From Candidatus Korarchaeum cryptofilum OPF8 (GTDB lineage: Archaea > Korarchaeota > Korarchaeia > Korarchaeales > Korarchaeaceae): a stretch of DNA of 32,000 nucleotides. The stretch covers positions 1,020,001 through 1,052,000 of the forward strand of contig NC_010482.1 of the NCBI RefSeq assembly GCF_000019605.1, read 5' to 3'. How positions within the stretch are numbered: the stretch's first letter is position 1; each line of letters begins with the position of its first letter. Of the stretch, positions 1 through 7,781 are shown one piece after another. The notes beneath the pieces were generated by a model, which searched no databases, was not told the DNA's origin, and saw only the letters and a program-made list of their open reading frames with translations. Position numbers and translations under genes: made by a program.

Positions 1-600
1 CTCCTCATACCTAGGCAGAAGTACCTCCTTTCGGGAGTGCACGTGGGGACTGGGATAAGGACTAAGGACATGGAGAAGTTCATATACAGGGTCAGGCCCG
101 ATGGCCTCTGCATAATAGATATAAGGAAGATAGATGAGAGGATAAGGACCGCTGGCAAGTTCCTAGCGAGATTCGATCCGGATAGGGTTCTAGCAGTTTC
201 CGCTAGGATATATGGGTTCAAGCCCGTCAGGAAGTTCGCGGAGTACACTGGTGCTATGTACATAACTGGGAGGATACTTCCTGGTACCTTGACGAACCCT
301 CAAGCTCCTCTCCACCTCGAGCCCGACGTAGTGCTCCTCTCAGATCCGAGGGTGGACAGGCAGATACACATAGAGTCCGTTAGGATGGGCATCCCCGTCG
401 TGGCTCTAGTGGATGCCGATAACATGCTCGAGAACATAGATCTAGCTATCCCAGTTAACAATAAGGGGAGGAGGTCGCTAGCTCTCGTCTACTGGCTCCT
501 GACGAGGGAAGTCCTCAGGAACAGGAAAGTGATACCGCCTGATGGAGACCTCCCTGAGGGCTATGAGGAGTTCGCCACTAGGATAATGGGAGTAAGATGA
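1..600 (+). CDS. rps2: 30S ribosomal protein uS2 (archaeal S2), 5'-truncated by the window edge
   Basis: The reading frame is open from base 1 ([18 protein letters not shown]...), so the true start lies upstream and the listed GTG at 37 is not the start. Archaeal S2 hallmarks are present: [38 protein letters not shown]. The stop overlaps the next start (ATGA at 597-600). Confidence 0.95.
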   Translation, partial: LLIPRQKYLLSGVHVGTGIRTKDMEKFIYRVRPDGLCIIDIRKIDERIRTAGKFLARFDPDRVLAVSARIYGFKPVRKFAEYTGAMYITGRILPGTLTNPQAPLHLEPDVVLLSDPRVDRQIHIESVRMGIPVVALVDADNMLENIDLAIPVNNKGRRSLALVYWLLTREVLRNRKVIPPDGDLPEGYEEFATRIMGVR

Positions 601-1454
601 AGTTGGGGTTGAGGAAACCTGCCGTAGCTGGCTCCTTTTATCCATCGAGGAGCGATGATCTACTCAAGCTCCTCGACTCCCTCTTCAGGGGAGCGGGATC
701 CGGAGGGATACCATCACCTAACCCGGCTGGGGAGAGGAGAATAGCCTCCATGATGGTTCCTCACGCGGGCTACATTTACTCTGGAAAAACTGCTGCTTCA
801 GCATATTCAATATTAGCCCAAGATGGCATCCCAGAGACTTTCGTCATAATAGGACCCAATCACACAGGACTGGGGTCTGCTTTCTCAGCTACGAAATCCA
901 AGTTCTGGGAGACGCCCCTGGGGAGGGTGGAAGTGGATTTGGAGCTAGCTGAAGCTATCTCGAGATACTTCGGGGATCTTGATTTCGATGATCTAGCCCA
1001 TACATGGGAGCACTCCATCGAAGTTCAAGTTCCATTCCTCCAATCCATATACGGAGCTTCCCTCAAGATACTCCCGATAGTGATGGCGATACAGGAACCC
1101 GAGCCCTCAATAGATCTAGGAAAATCCATAGCGCTCGCCTCAGAGAAGCTGGGGAGGGATGTATTAGTCATAGCCTCCTCAGATATGTCCCACTACCTGC
1201 CCGAGGGAGAGGCCATCAGGAGGGATAGAGCTGCAATAGATGCGATTCTCAACATGGATGTGCACTCTCTCTTCAGGATAATTCAGGAGTTAGACGTGAG
1301 TATGTGCGGGCCGGGTCCAGTCTCAGTAGCTATATCTTTCGCGAAGCTCAAGGGTGTATCTAAAGGCGAGTTAGTGAGGTATTCCACGAGCGCTGAGACG
1401 AGCGGTGATAAGTCCTTCGTAGTGGGCTATGCCTCCGTGGTGTTCAGGTTATGA
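597..1454 (+). CDS. MEMO1-family protein (AmmeMemoRadiSam protein B-like, COG1355)
   Basis: 285-aa ORF with the family motifs AGSFYP near the N-terminus, [23 protein letters not shown] and SSDMSHY. There are ATGA start/stop overlaps with both neighbours (597-600 and 1451-1454). Confidence 0.9.
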   Translation: MKLGLRKPAVAGSFYPSRSDDLLKLLDSLFRGAGSGGIPSPNPAGERRIASMMVPHAGYIYSGKTAASAYSILAQDGIPETFVIIGPNHTGLGSAFSATKSKFWETPLGRVEVDLELAEAISRYFGDLDFDDLAHTWEHSIEVQVPFLQSIYGASLKILPIVMAIQEPEPSIDLGKSIALASEKLGRDVLVIASSDMSHYLPEGEAIRRDRAAIDAILNMDVHSLFRIIQELDVSMCGPGPVSVAISFAKLKGVSKGELVRYSTSAETSGDKSFVVGYASVVFRL

Positions 1455-2533
1455 GGGAGGATCTAACTAACAGGAGGAAGGTCGAGCATATAGAGATAGC
1501 GCTAAGCGATGATATTGATCTGAGCAATAATTGCAGGTGGTTCGATTTCGTGAGGCTGATACATAATGCACTGCCTGATTCCTCTTTCGAGGAGACCCAA
1601 CTCAACTGGAGCTTCTTGGGTTACGAGCTCGAGGCTCCCCTCCTGATAGAGGGGATGACGGGGGGGCACGAGGCATCTCTGAAGATAAATGAAGCACTGG
1701 CCAGAGCTGCTCAATCCGAGAGAGTAGCCATAGGGGTTGGGAGTCAGAGGGCAGCTTTGAAAGATTATTCCGTAGTCGGGACTTATAGGGTAGTGAGAGA
1801 AATAGCTCGGGATGTCCCTGTAATCGCCAACTTGGGCATCTCCCACATCTTAGGGGAGGAGGGTGTCGATAACGCCAAAGCAGCGGTCGACATGATAGAT
1901 GCGGATGCTATAGCCATACACCTCAACCCCCTCCAGGAACTCATACAACCGGAAGGGGATAGGAACTTCTCCGATTCCCTGATTTCCCTCAGGGATCTAG
2001 TGAGGGAACTTGATGTCCCCGTCTTAGTGAAGGAAGTTGGTAGTGGAATATCCTACGAGCTCTCACTGACCCTGAAGAGGATAGGGATTGAGTATGTAGA
2101 TGTCGCGGGTCAGGGAGGTACAAGCTGGGCTCTTATAGAGGGTAAGAGGGCGCCAAGCGATTCTATTGAGAGGGAAGCATCTATTAGATTCTCTGAATGG
2201 GGAATACCAACTCCTATCTCTATAATTGAGGCATCTAGCTCCGGCTTAACTGTTATCGGCTCCGGAGGAGTGAGATCTGGCTTAGATGCTGCTAAATGCA
2301 TAGCATTGGGGGCTGAAGCTGCTGGAGCTGCGAGGCCCTTCTTCAAAGCCGCTATCGAATCGGGAGCAGATGGGGTATCTAGGAAGATTAGAAGCTTTAA
2401 ATTTGAGATGAAGCTGGCTACATTCTTGACAGGATCCTCTACCCCGGATCAGCTGAGGCTGAGGAGAGCTTACATTCTCCTAGAGCCCCTGCTCTCAATG
2501 CTCAGGATCAGGGGAAGATTTTTATACATCTGA
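1451..2533 (+). CDS. fni: Type 2 (FMN-dependent) isopentenyl-diphosphate delta-isomerase
   Basis: 360 aa. N-terminal RKVEHIEIAL, GMTGG, VKEVGSGIS, AGQGGTSWA and GSGGVRSGLDAAKCIALGA match the IDI-2 TIM-barrel family. Confidence 0.93.
   Translation: MREDLTNRRKVEHIEIALSDDIDLSNNCRWFDFVRLIHNALPDSSFEETQLNWSFLGYELEAPLLIEGMTGGHEASLKINEALARAAQSERVAIGVGSQRAALKDYSVVGTYRVVREIARDVPVIANLGISHILGEEGVDNAKAAVDMIDADAIAIHLNPLQELIQPEGDRNFSDSLISLRDLVRELDVPVLVKEVGSGISYELSLTLKRIGIEYVDVAGQGGTSWALIEGKRAPSDSIEREASIRFSEWGIPTPISIIEASSSGLTVIGSGGVRSGLDAAKCIALGAEAAGAARPFFKAAIESGADGVSRKIRSFKFEMKLATFLTGSSTPDQLRLRRAYILLEPLLSMLRIRGRFLYI
2519..2526 (+). promoter_or_regulatory. Candidate TATA box for the rpl7ae-rps28e-rpl24e cluster, embedded in the 3' end of fni
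   Basis: TTTTTATA lies about 36 nt upstream of the rpl7ae ATG (2559), just before the fni stop (2531-2533). The spacing fits an archaeal promoter with a short leader. Confidence 0.4.
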
Positions 2534-2558
2534 GCCACACTGGCTGGGGGAATGAAGG

Positions 2559-2942
2559 ATGAGTAAGGACAAACCCTCCTACGTGAAGTTCGAGGTCCCC
2601 AAGGATCTCGTACCTAAGATACTTGAGCTCGTTCAGATGTCCAAGAGCACCGGCGGTAAGCTGAGGAAGGGAGTCAATGAGACGACCAAGGCCGTTGAGA
2701 GGGGAGAAGCTCAATTCGTCGTTATAGCGGAGGATGTCAACCCTCCTGAGATAGTCGCGCATCTCCCCCTCCTCTGTGAGGACAAGGGGATACCCTACGC
2801 CTACGTGCCATCCAAGGAGGAGTTGGGCAAAGCCTCCGGTCTCGAGGTATCGGCATCTTCCGTAGCTATAGTGGATGCGGGTCAAGCCAAGAGCTTATTA
2901 GAGGCCCTGAAGGAGAAGTTCAAGGAGATGAGGGGGGCTTAG
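2559..2942 (+). CDS. rpl7ae: 50S ribosomal protein L7Ae (K-turn binding; also an sRNP component)
   Basis: 127 aa. [57 protein letters not shown] is the canonical L7Ae/L30e core. Confidence 0.97.
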   Translation: MSKDKPSYVKFEVPKDLVPKILELVQMSKSTGGKLRKGVNETTKAVERGEAQFVVIAEDVNPPEIVAHLPLLCEDKGIPYAYVPSKEELGKASGLEVSASSVAIVDAGQAKSLLEALKEKFKEMRGA

Positions 2943-2988
2943 GGTACCTTTAAATCCTCCTGAATATTTTTGATTCAGGGTGAGCTCG

Positions 2989-3204
2989 ATGTCGCAAGAG
3001 GATAAGGGTTTCCCCGCTGAGGTCGTCGAGATAATAGGCAGGACGGGTGTCGCGGGGGAGGTCATCCAAGTTAGAGCTAAGATATTGGCTGGAAGGGACA
3101 AGGGAAGGGTTCTCACGAGAAATGTGAAGGGACCGGTCAGGGTTGGAGATATCCTGATATTGAGGGAGACGGAGATAGAGGCTAGGAAGCTGAAACCGAG
3201 GTGA
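2989..3204 (+). CDS. rps28e: 30S ribosomal protein S28e
   Basis: [60 protein letters not shown] is classic S28e. I prefer ATG 2989 because GGGTGA at 2978-2983 serves as its SD. The ORF-track start at GTG 2980 lies inside that SD. Confidence 0.93.
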   Translation: MSQEDKGFPAEVVEIIGRTGVAGEVIQVRAKILAGRDKGRVLTRNVKGPVRVGDILILRETEIEARKLKPR

Positions 3205-3209
3205 GTTGG

Positions 3210-3389
3210 ATGGCAGTTCTCCTGAGGAAGTGTGCATTCTGCGGGAGGGATGTAGAGCCCGGCTTCGGGTGGATGTACGTCAAGGCGGATGGTACGATCA
3301 TTTACTTCTGCTCATCTAAGTGTAGGAAGAATTACATGATGGGGAGGAATCCCAAGAAATTGGGATGGATAAGAAAGGCTGAGAAGTAA
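3210..3389 (+). CDS. rpl24e: 50S ribosomal protein L24e
   Basis: CAFCGRDVEPGFGWMYVKADGTIIYFCSSKCRKNYMMGRNPKKLGW is the L24e zinc-ribbon core. ATG 3210 is preceded by GAGGTGA (3198-3204). The ORF-track GTG at 3201 lies within that SD and overlaps the rps28e stop. Confidence 0.93.
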   Translation: MAVLLRKCAFCGRDVEPGFGWMYVKADGTIIYFCSSKCRKNYMMGRNPKKLGWIRKAEK

Positions 3390-3399
3390 CGGTGATCCA

Positions 3400-5190
3400 T
3401 TGCCAGAGAAGAGGTACAGACAGCCCCTCGTCTCCGTCCTAGGGCATGTGGATTCGGGGAAGACGACCCTGCTGGATTACATAAGGAAGACTAGAGTAGC
3501 TAGTAAGGAGCCGGGCTCGATCACTCAACATGTCGGCGCATCGGAGATACCGGTTGATGTCATCTATGAGGTCTGCAGACCAGTTATGGAGGCTTTAAAC
3601 TTAAAATTTGAGGTCAAAACTGGGGGTCTCCTCTTCATAGATCTACCCGGACACGAAGCTTTCTCAAATCTCAGGAGGAGAGGTGGCTCGGTCGCTGACA
3701 TAGCTATACTAGTCATAGACATAAACGGAGGGGTTCAACCCCAAACTATCGAGTCCATAAACATACTTAGGGAGAGGAGGGTCCCCTTCGTCATCGCCCT
3801 CAATAAGATAGACACGATATACGGATGGAAATCCCAGGAAGGTAGGCCCTTCATAGTCTCAGAGAGGGAGCAGTCTCCCTCCGTCATAGCTGAGCTAGAG
3901 AGGAGGCTTTACAGAGTAGTGGATCAGTTGATGGAGCACGGGATAAATGCTGAAAGGTATGACAGGATAAAGGATTTCACGAAAACTTTCGCGATAGTCC
4001 CAACGAGCGCTGTGAGTGGTGAGGGAGTTCCTGACCTGCTGACGATACTCTTCGGGCTCGTCCAGAGGTATATGCTGGATAGGCTCGAGGTGACCAGTGA
4101 CGAGGGGAAGGGCACCGTGCTCGAGGTCAGGCAGCATCCGGGCCTCGGAACTGTCTTGACCGCGATAATCTATGATGGTACGATTAAGAAAGGAGATACG
4201 ATAGTAGTAGCTGGAAGCAAAGGGCCCATAGTGACTAAGGTGAGGAGCTTATTGGTCCCAGAGCCCCTCCAAGAGATGAGAATGACGAAGAAATTCAGGA
4301 ATATAGATGAGGTATCGGCGGCAGCTGGAGTCATGATATCAGCTCCGGATCTGGAGGATGTGCTAGCTGGCTCCCCTATATACGTGGTGAGGGATCCCTC
4401 GATGCTCGAGGAGATGAAGAGGGAAGTGCAGGAGGAAGTTGAGAGGATCGTGATAAAAACAGACAGGATAGGTGTGATAGTTAAGGCCGATGCATTAGGG
4501 ACTTTGGAAGCCCTGATATCTCAACTTGAGAGGGAGGGGATACCGATAAGGAGGGCCGATATAGGGGAGGTGACGAAAGCGGACGTATTCGAAGCTTCTG
4601 TCATCAGGGGGAGCGATGAGAGGTACTCAGCTATACTAGCCTTCAACGTGAAGGTGAGCGAGGAGATAAAGAGGGAGGCATTATCCAGGGGAGTCGCTAT
4701 CTTCGAGGACGTGATAATCTACACACTTATAGAGAAATTCAAGTCTTATTTGGAGGATTTGAGGAGAAAAGAGGAGGAAAGAGTACTTTCTCATGCTGTT
4801 TTTCCTGCTGAAATCTTAGTTTTGCCTAATTTCGTTTTCAGAAGGAGTGATCCGGCTATAGTAGGTGTTGAGGTTCTCTCGGGCTCAATAAGGCCTGGCT
4901 ATCCGCTCATAAGCGAGAGTGGGAGGAGAATTGGTATCATATTGGATATTCAACACGAGGGTAACAGGATACCGGAGGCGAAGAAGGGGCAGAGGGTCGC
5001 TGTATCGATAAGGGGCGGCGTTGTGGGGAGGAACGTTAAGGAAGGTAAGACCCTTTACACAGAGGTCAGTGAATTCGAGGATGAGAGATCAAGGGAAATA
5101 TACTTCGGTAAGATGAGTGATGAGGAGAAGGAGCTTTACAGGAAGATAATATGGATAAAGTATTCAGGAAGAGCTGATAAGGAGGATTAA
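3400..5190 (+). CDS. infB: Translation initiation factor aIF5B (IF2-type GTPase)
   Basis: 596 aa. G1 motif GHVDSGKTTLLD, DLPGHEAF and NKID are present, followed by the beta-barrel and C-terminal domains typical of aIF5B. TTG start with GGTGAT SD at 3391-3396. No intein-sized insertion. Confidence 0.95.
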   Translation: MPEKRYRQPLVSVLGHVDSGKTTLLDYIRKTRVASKEPGSITQHVGASEIPVDVIYEVCRPVMEALNLKFEVKTGGLLFIDLPGHEAFSNLRRRGGSVADIAILVIDINGGVQPQTIESINILRERRVPFVIALNKIDTIYGWKSQEGRPFIVSEREQSPSVIAELERRLYRVVDQLMEHGINAERYDRIKDFTKTFAIVPTSAVSGEGVPDLLTILFGLVQRYMLDRLEVTSDEGKGTVLEVRQHPGLGTVLTAIIYDGTIKKGDTIVVAGSKGPIVTKVRSLLVPEPLQEMRMTKKFRNIDEVSAAAGVMISAPDLEDVLAGSPIYVVRDPSMLEEMKREVQEEVERIVIKTDRIGVIVKADALGTLEALISQLEREGIPIRRADIGEVTKADVFEASVIRGSDERYSAILAFNVKVSEEIKREALSRGVAIFEDVIIYTLIEKFKSYLEDLRRKEEERVLSHAVFPAEILVLPNFVFRRSDPAIVGVEVLSGSIRPGYPLISESGRRIGIILDIQHEGNRIPEAKKGQRVAVSIRGGVVGRNVKEGKTLYTEVSEFEDERSREIYFGKMSDEEKELYRKIIWIKYSGRADKED

Positions 5191-5387
5191 TCGAATTTTC
5201 TTGAGATTCATGGATAAGATGTCTCTAAGGACTCAAAACAATATGAAGAGGGGATCTGAGTTTCAATTCACAGCTCATGCCAGGAGCTTTCTTGATGATG
5301 AGTGACCTCATCGACCCAGAGCTGCTATGAAGTTCTCGATGGCTGAAGCTTATATATTCTCCTCGGTTCTCACGATGGTGATCCAAT

Positions 5388-5807
5388 ATGTCCAGCAGGA
5401 GGAAGGGTGTCGTCGAGGAATTCTTAGTGCTCGATATAGGAGACCCAAGTACTGGAAAAACTTTTCACCTCAAATTGCCCAAGGAGAGCCTCAGATACTT
5501 CATAGGCAAGAGGATAGGCGAGGAGATCTCGGGCGATCCCTTCGGCTTACCGGGATATGCCTTCAGGATAACTGGAGGGACCGATAGGGATGGCTTCCCG
5601 ATGCATCCCTCCCTACCTACGATGGGGAAGAAGAGGCTCCTCCTATCCTCCCCACCAGGCTTCCATCCTAAGAGGGAAGGGGAGAGGAGGGCTAAGCTAG
5701 TTAGAGGAAGTGTTATTTCAGACGCCATGAGGCAGATAAACCTTAAAGTTATTAAGAAGGGGGATAAACCCCTCGAGGAGATCTTGGGGAAGAGCGAGGC
5801 TTCTTAA
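5388..5807 (+). CDS. rps6e: 30S ribosomal protein S6e
   Basis: 139 aa. ISGDPFGLPGYAFRITGGTDRDGFPM and GERRAKLVRG match S6e. A TTATATAT element at 5350-5357 is a plausible TATA box. Confidence 0.93.
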   Translation: MSSRRKGVVEEFLVLDIGDPSTGKTFHLKLPKESLRYFIGKRIGEEISGDPFGLPGYAFRITGGTDRDGFPMHPSLPTMGKKRLLLSSPPGFHPKREGERRAKLVRGSVISDAMRQINLKVIKKGDKPLEEILGKSEAS

Positions 5808-5816
5808 GGTGATTGA

Positions 5817-7058
5817 ATGAGGGAGATCCTCCAGCCGGAGATGAATGTAGGTACTGCTGGTCACGTCGACCATGGCAAGTCCACCCTAGTCCAAGCTCTG
5901 ACAGGGGTCTGGCCTGAGAGACACAGCGAGGAGTTGAGGAGAGGTATAACTATAAAGTTGGGCTATGCCAATGCCGACCTCAGGAAGTGTCCTTCATGCG
6001 ATGAGCCTAAGTGCTATACAACCTCTAAGAAATGCCCTATCGATGGTAGTGAGACGATATTGCTCAGGAAGATATCACTAGTGGACTGTCCGGGCCATGA
6101 TACATTGATGGCAACTATGCTAGCTGGCTCGACTTTGATGGATGCGGCTCTCTTCATAATAGCCTCTAATGAGCCCGTCCCCCAGCCCCAGACGAGGGAG
6201 CATCTGATGGCCCTGAAGATAATGGGGGTCAAGCAGATAATAGTAGTCCAGACGAAGATAGAGCTGGTGAGTGAAGAGGAGGCCATAAGAAATTATGAGC
6301 AGATTCTGAGATTTCTTGAGGCCAATTTGGATGAGATACCACCGATAATACCTGTATCCGCCCTTCATGGTGTTAATATAGACTTCTTGATAAGGGAGAT
6401 GGTGAGGAGATTCACTCCCCCGCAGAGGGATCCGACTAAAACTCCCAAGATGTACGTAGCAAGATCCTTCGACGTCAATAGACCCGGTACTAGGCCTGAG
6501 AAACTGGTAGGGGGCGTCTTGGGAGGGACCATCATCCAAGGCAGGTTCAGGTTGGGGGATGAGATAGAGATAAGGCCCGGAGCCTACAGGGGAGGTAAGT
6601 TCATCCCCTTAACTACTAAGATAGTGAGTCTGAAGAGCGAGGATACCCCGCTCGAGGAGGCCTATCCAGGTGGGCTGATAGGCGTGGGAACCCTCTTGGA
6701 TCCAGCTCTGACGAAAGCCGATAACATGGTGGGAAGTGTCGTTGGCTTGCCCAATGAGTTGCCACCAGTATGGTCGGAGCTCGACATAGAGGCGAAGTTC
6801 TTCGATAAGATAGTCGGAATGAAGGAGGAGATCTCCGTGACTAAACCTAAGAGCGGGGATTTCATCCAGTTGAATGTGGGTACTGCTACCGTTCCGGCCG
6901 TCCTTAAGGAGATGAGCCATGATCTTATGAGGCTTCTTGTGAGGATCCCCGCTGTAGCGGAGCTGGATCAAAGGGTAGCTATCTCGGCGAGGATAGGGAA
7001 TAGGTGGAGATTGATAGGCTTCGGCCATGTGAAAGGAGGAGTTGAGTACAGATATTAA
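5817..7058 (+). CDS. eif2g: Translation initiation factor aIF2 gamma subunit
   Basis: 413 aa. GHVDHGKSTLVQALTG, RGITIKLGYA, the Cys-rich knuckle CPSCDEPKCYTTSKKCP, DCPGH and QTKIE motifs are present. GGTGAT SD at 5808-5813. Confidence 0.95.
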   Translation: MREILQPEMNVGTAGHVDHGKSTLVQALTGVWPERHSEELRRGITIKLGYANADLRKCPSCDEPKCYTTSKKCPIDGSETILLRKISLVDCPGHDTLMATMLAGSTLMDAALFIIASNEPVPQPQTREHLMALKIMGVKQIIVVQTKIELVSEEEAIRNYEQILRFLEANLDEIPPIIPVSALHGVNIDFLIREMVRRFTPPQRDPTKTPKMYVARSFDVNRPGTRPEKLVGGVLGGTIIQGRFRLGDEIEIRPGAYRGGKFIPLTTKIVSLKSEDTPLEEAYPGGLIGVGTLLDPALTKADNMVGSVVGLPNELPPVWSELDIEAKFFDKIVGMKEEISVTKPKSGDFIQLNVGTATVPAVLKEMSHDLMRLLVRIPAVAELDQRVAISARIGNRWRLIGFGHVKGGVEYRY

Positions 7059-7729
7059 GGATCAGTTAGCCTCTCTAAGATCCCCCTATCATTCATTAGA
7101 TCTTCCAGGGAGCTATATTCGGGGCCTTTCTCATACCTGGGATCAGGAGCTTTTTCATATCTAGGGTTCCTGACGAGCCCATCCGATGTCACATAGTATG
7201 CCGCACCCCTCGTAATCTCATATGGCTCGTAATCGGGCATTACCCCTCTGTGGATCAAGTTGCTCATCACAAGCATATCTTCACCTGCGTTAACGCTCAC
7301 ATGCCCGTATCCTGGTGGCACCATAACATAACGCCCCGCTTCAGCCTCTATCACTATGAAGTCCTCTATCTCATATATGGAAGCCCCCCTCCTCTGCAGT
7401 AGGAAGATGGCTCTCCCAGAATGAACGTAATAAATCTCGGGGAGGGACTTCCCTTCCAGAGGGAGATGATAATGGCCCTTCGTTTTCGCGAGCTCGCCTC
7501 CCACGTTCCAAGGGGGTATCACTGTCACATCCAACCTGATGGGGCTGCCCCTCAGAGGGGGGAGGTCCCTGTACATCATATAGGCTATACCGTCTTTTTC
7601 CAAGGATTCGGGCATCATCAGGACAGATTTTAACTCATTAAGTCTTCTGATCTCAGGCTTTATTTCCTCACCGAGAGCTAATATCCTCAATTCATCCTTC
7701 AGGAATTCGATATCTCTCGCTATACGCAT
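7055..7729 (-). CDS. pgiA: Cupin-type glucose-6-phosphate isomerase (archaeal cPGI family)
   Basis: 224 aa. TKGHYH, PEIYYV and VPPGYGHVSVNAG, with C-terminal VRNPRY, parallel the Thermococcales cupin PGI motifs (TKGHFH, EVYV, VPPYWAHRTVN, VDNPRW). Confidence 0.8.
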   Translation of the reverse strand: MRIARDIEFLKDELRILALGEEIKPEIRRLNELKSVLMMPESLEKDGIAYMMYRDLPPLRGSPIRLDVTVIPPWNVGGELAKTKGHYHLPLEGKSLPEIYYVHSGRAIFLLQRRGASIYEIEDFIVIEAEAGRYVMVPPGYGHVSVNAGEDMLVMSNLIHRGVMPDYEPYEITRGAAYYVTSDGLVRNPRYEKAPDPRYEKGPEYSSLEDLMNDRGILERLTDP

Positions 7730-7751
7730 CGCTCAGAGGATCCCTTTCAAG

Positions 7752-7759
7752 TATATATA
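7752..7759. promoter_or_regulatory. Palindromic TATATATA box shared by divergent pgiA and the DUF2207-like operon
   Basis: TATATATA lies 22 nt from the pgiA start codon (7727-7729, minus strand) and 22 nt from ATG 7782 (plus strand). Its centre (7755.5) is the exact midpoint between the two start codons. The spacing implies leaderless or near-leaderless transcripts in both directions. Confidence 0.55.
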
Positions 7760-7781
7760 GTGAGGAGGAGTAGTAACCGCG

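Noticed and set aside
2529-2562. CTGA ... TGAAGGATGAG near the rpl7ae start looked like a K-turn/K-loop for L7Ae autoregulation.
   Set aside because: With the TATA box at 2519-2526, the transcript probably starts around 2548-2550. The CTGA and the agcca/tggct hairpin (2532-2544) are then likely not transcribed. No proper tandem G-A/A-G geometry could be built by eye.
5293-5346. Possible box C/D sRNA in the infB-rps6e spacer. ATGATGA (5295-5301) would be the C box and CTGA (5343-5346) the D box, 41 nt apart.
   Set aside because: There are no convincing internal D'/C' boxes at the expected spacing of about 12 nt, and the terminal stem is not adjacent to the boxes. The putative C box is half of a simple hairpin (gatgag 5297-5302 / ctcatc 5307-5312). 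The D box abuts the rps6e TATA-like element. A covariance-model scan would be needed before calling it.
5327-5587. An 86-aa plus-strand ORF starting in the spacer and overlapping rps6e out of frame.
   Set aside because: It overlaps the well-supported rps6e frame, has an Arg/Gln-rich low-information sequence, and its start sits on the presumed rps6e promoter.
6014-7028. Minus-strand ORFs inside eif2g (6014-6286, 6120-6539, 6609-7028). Similar internal or antisense ORFs occur elsewhere (1502-1846, 2508-2885, 3895-4137, 13484-13765, 16640-17077, 22180-22587, 25116-25535, 27674-27970, 30425-30817).
   Set aside because: Each lies wholly within a gene with strong, motif-supported homology on the other strand or frame. 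None shows recognisable motifs or SD/TATA context. I treat them as non-coding shadows.
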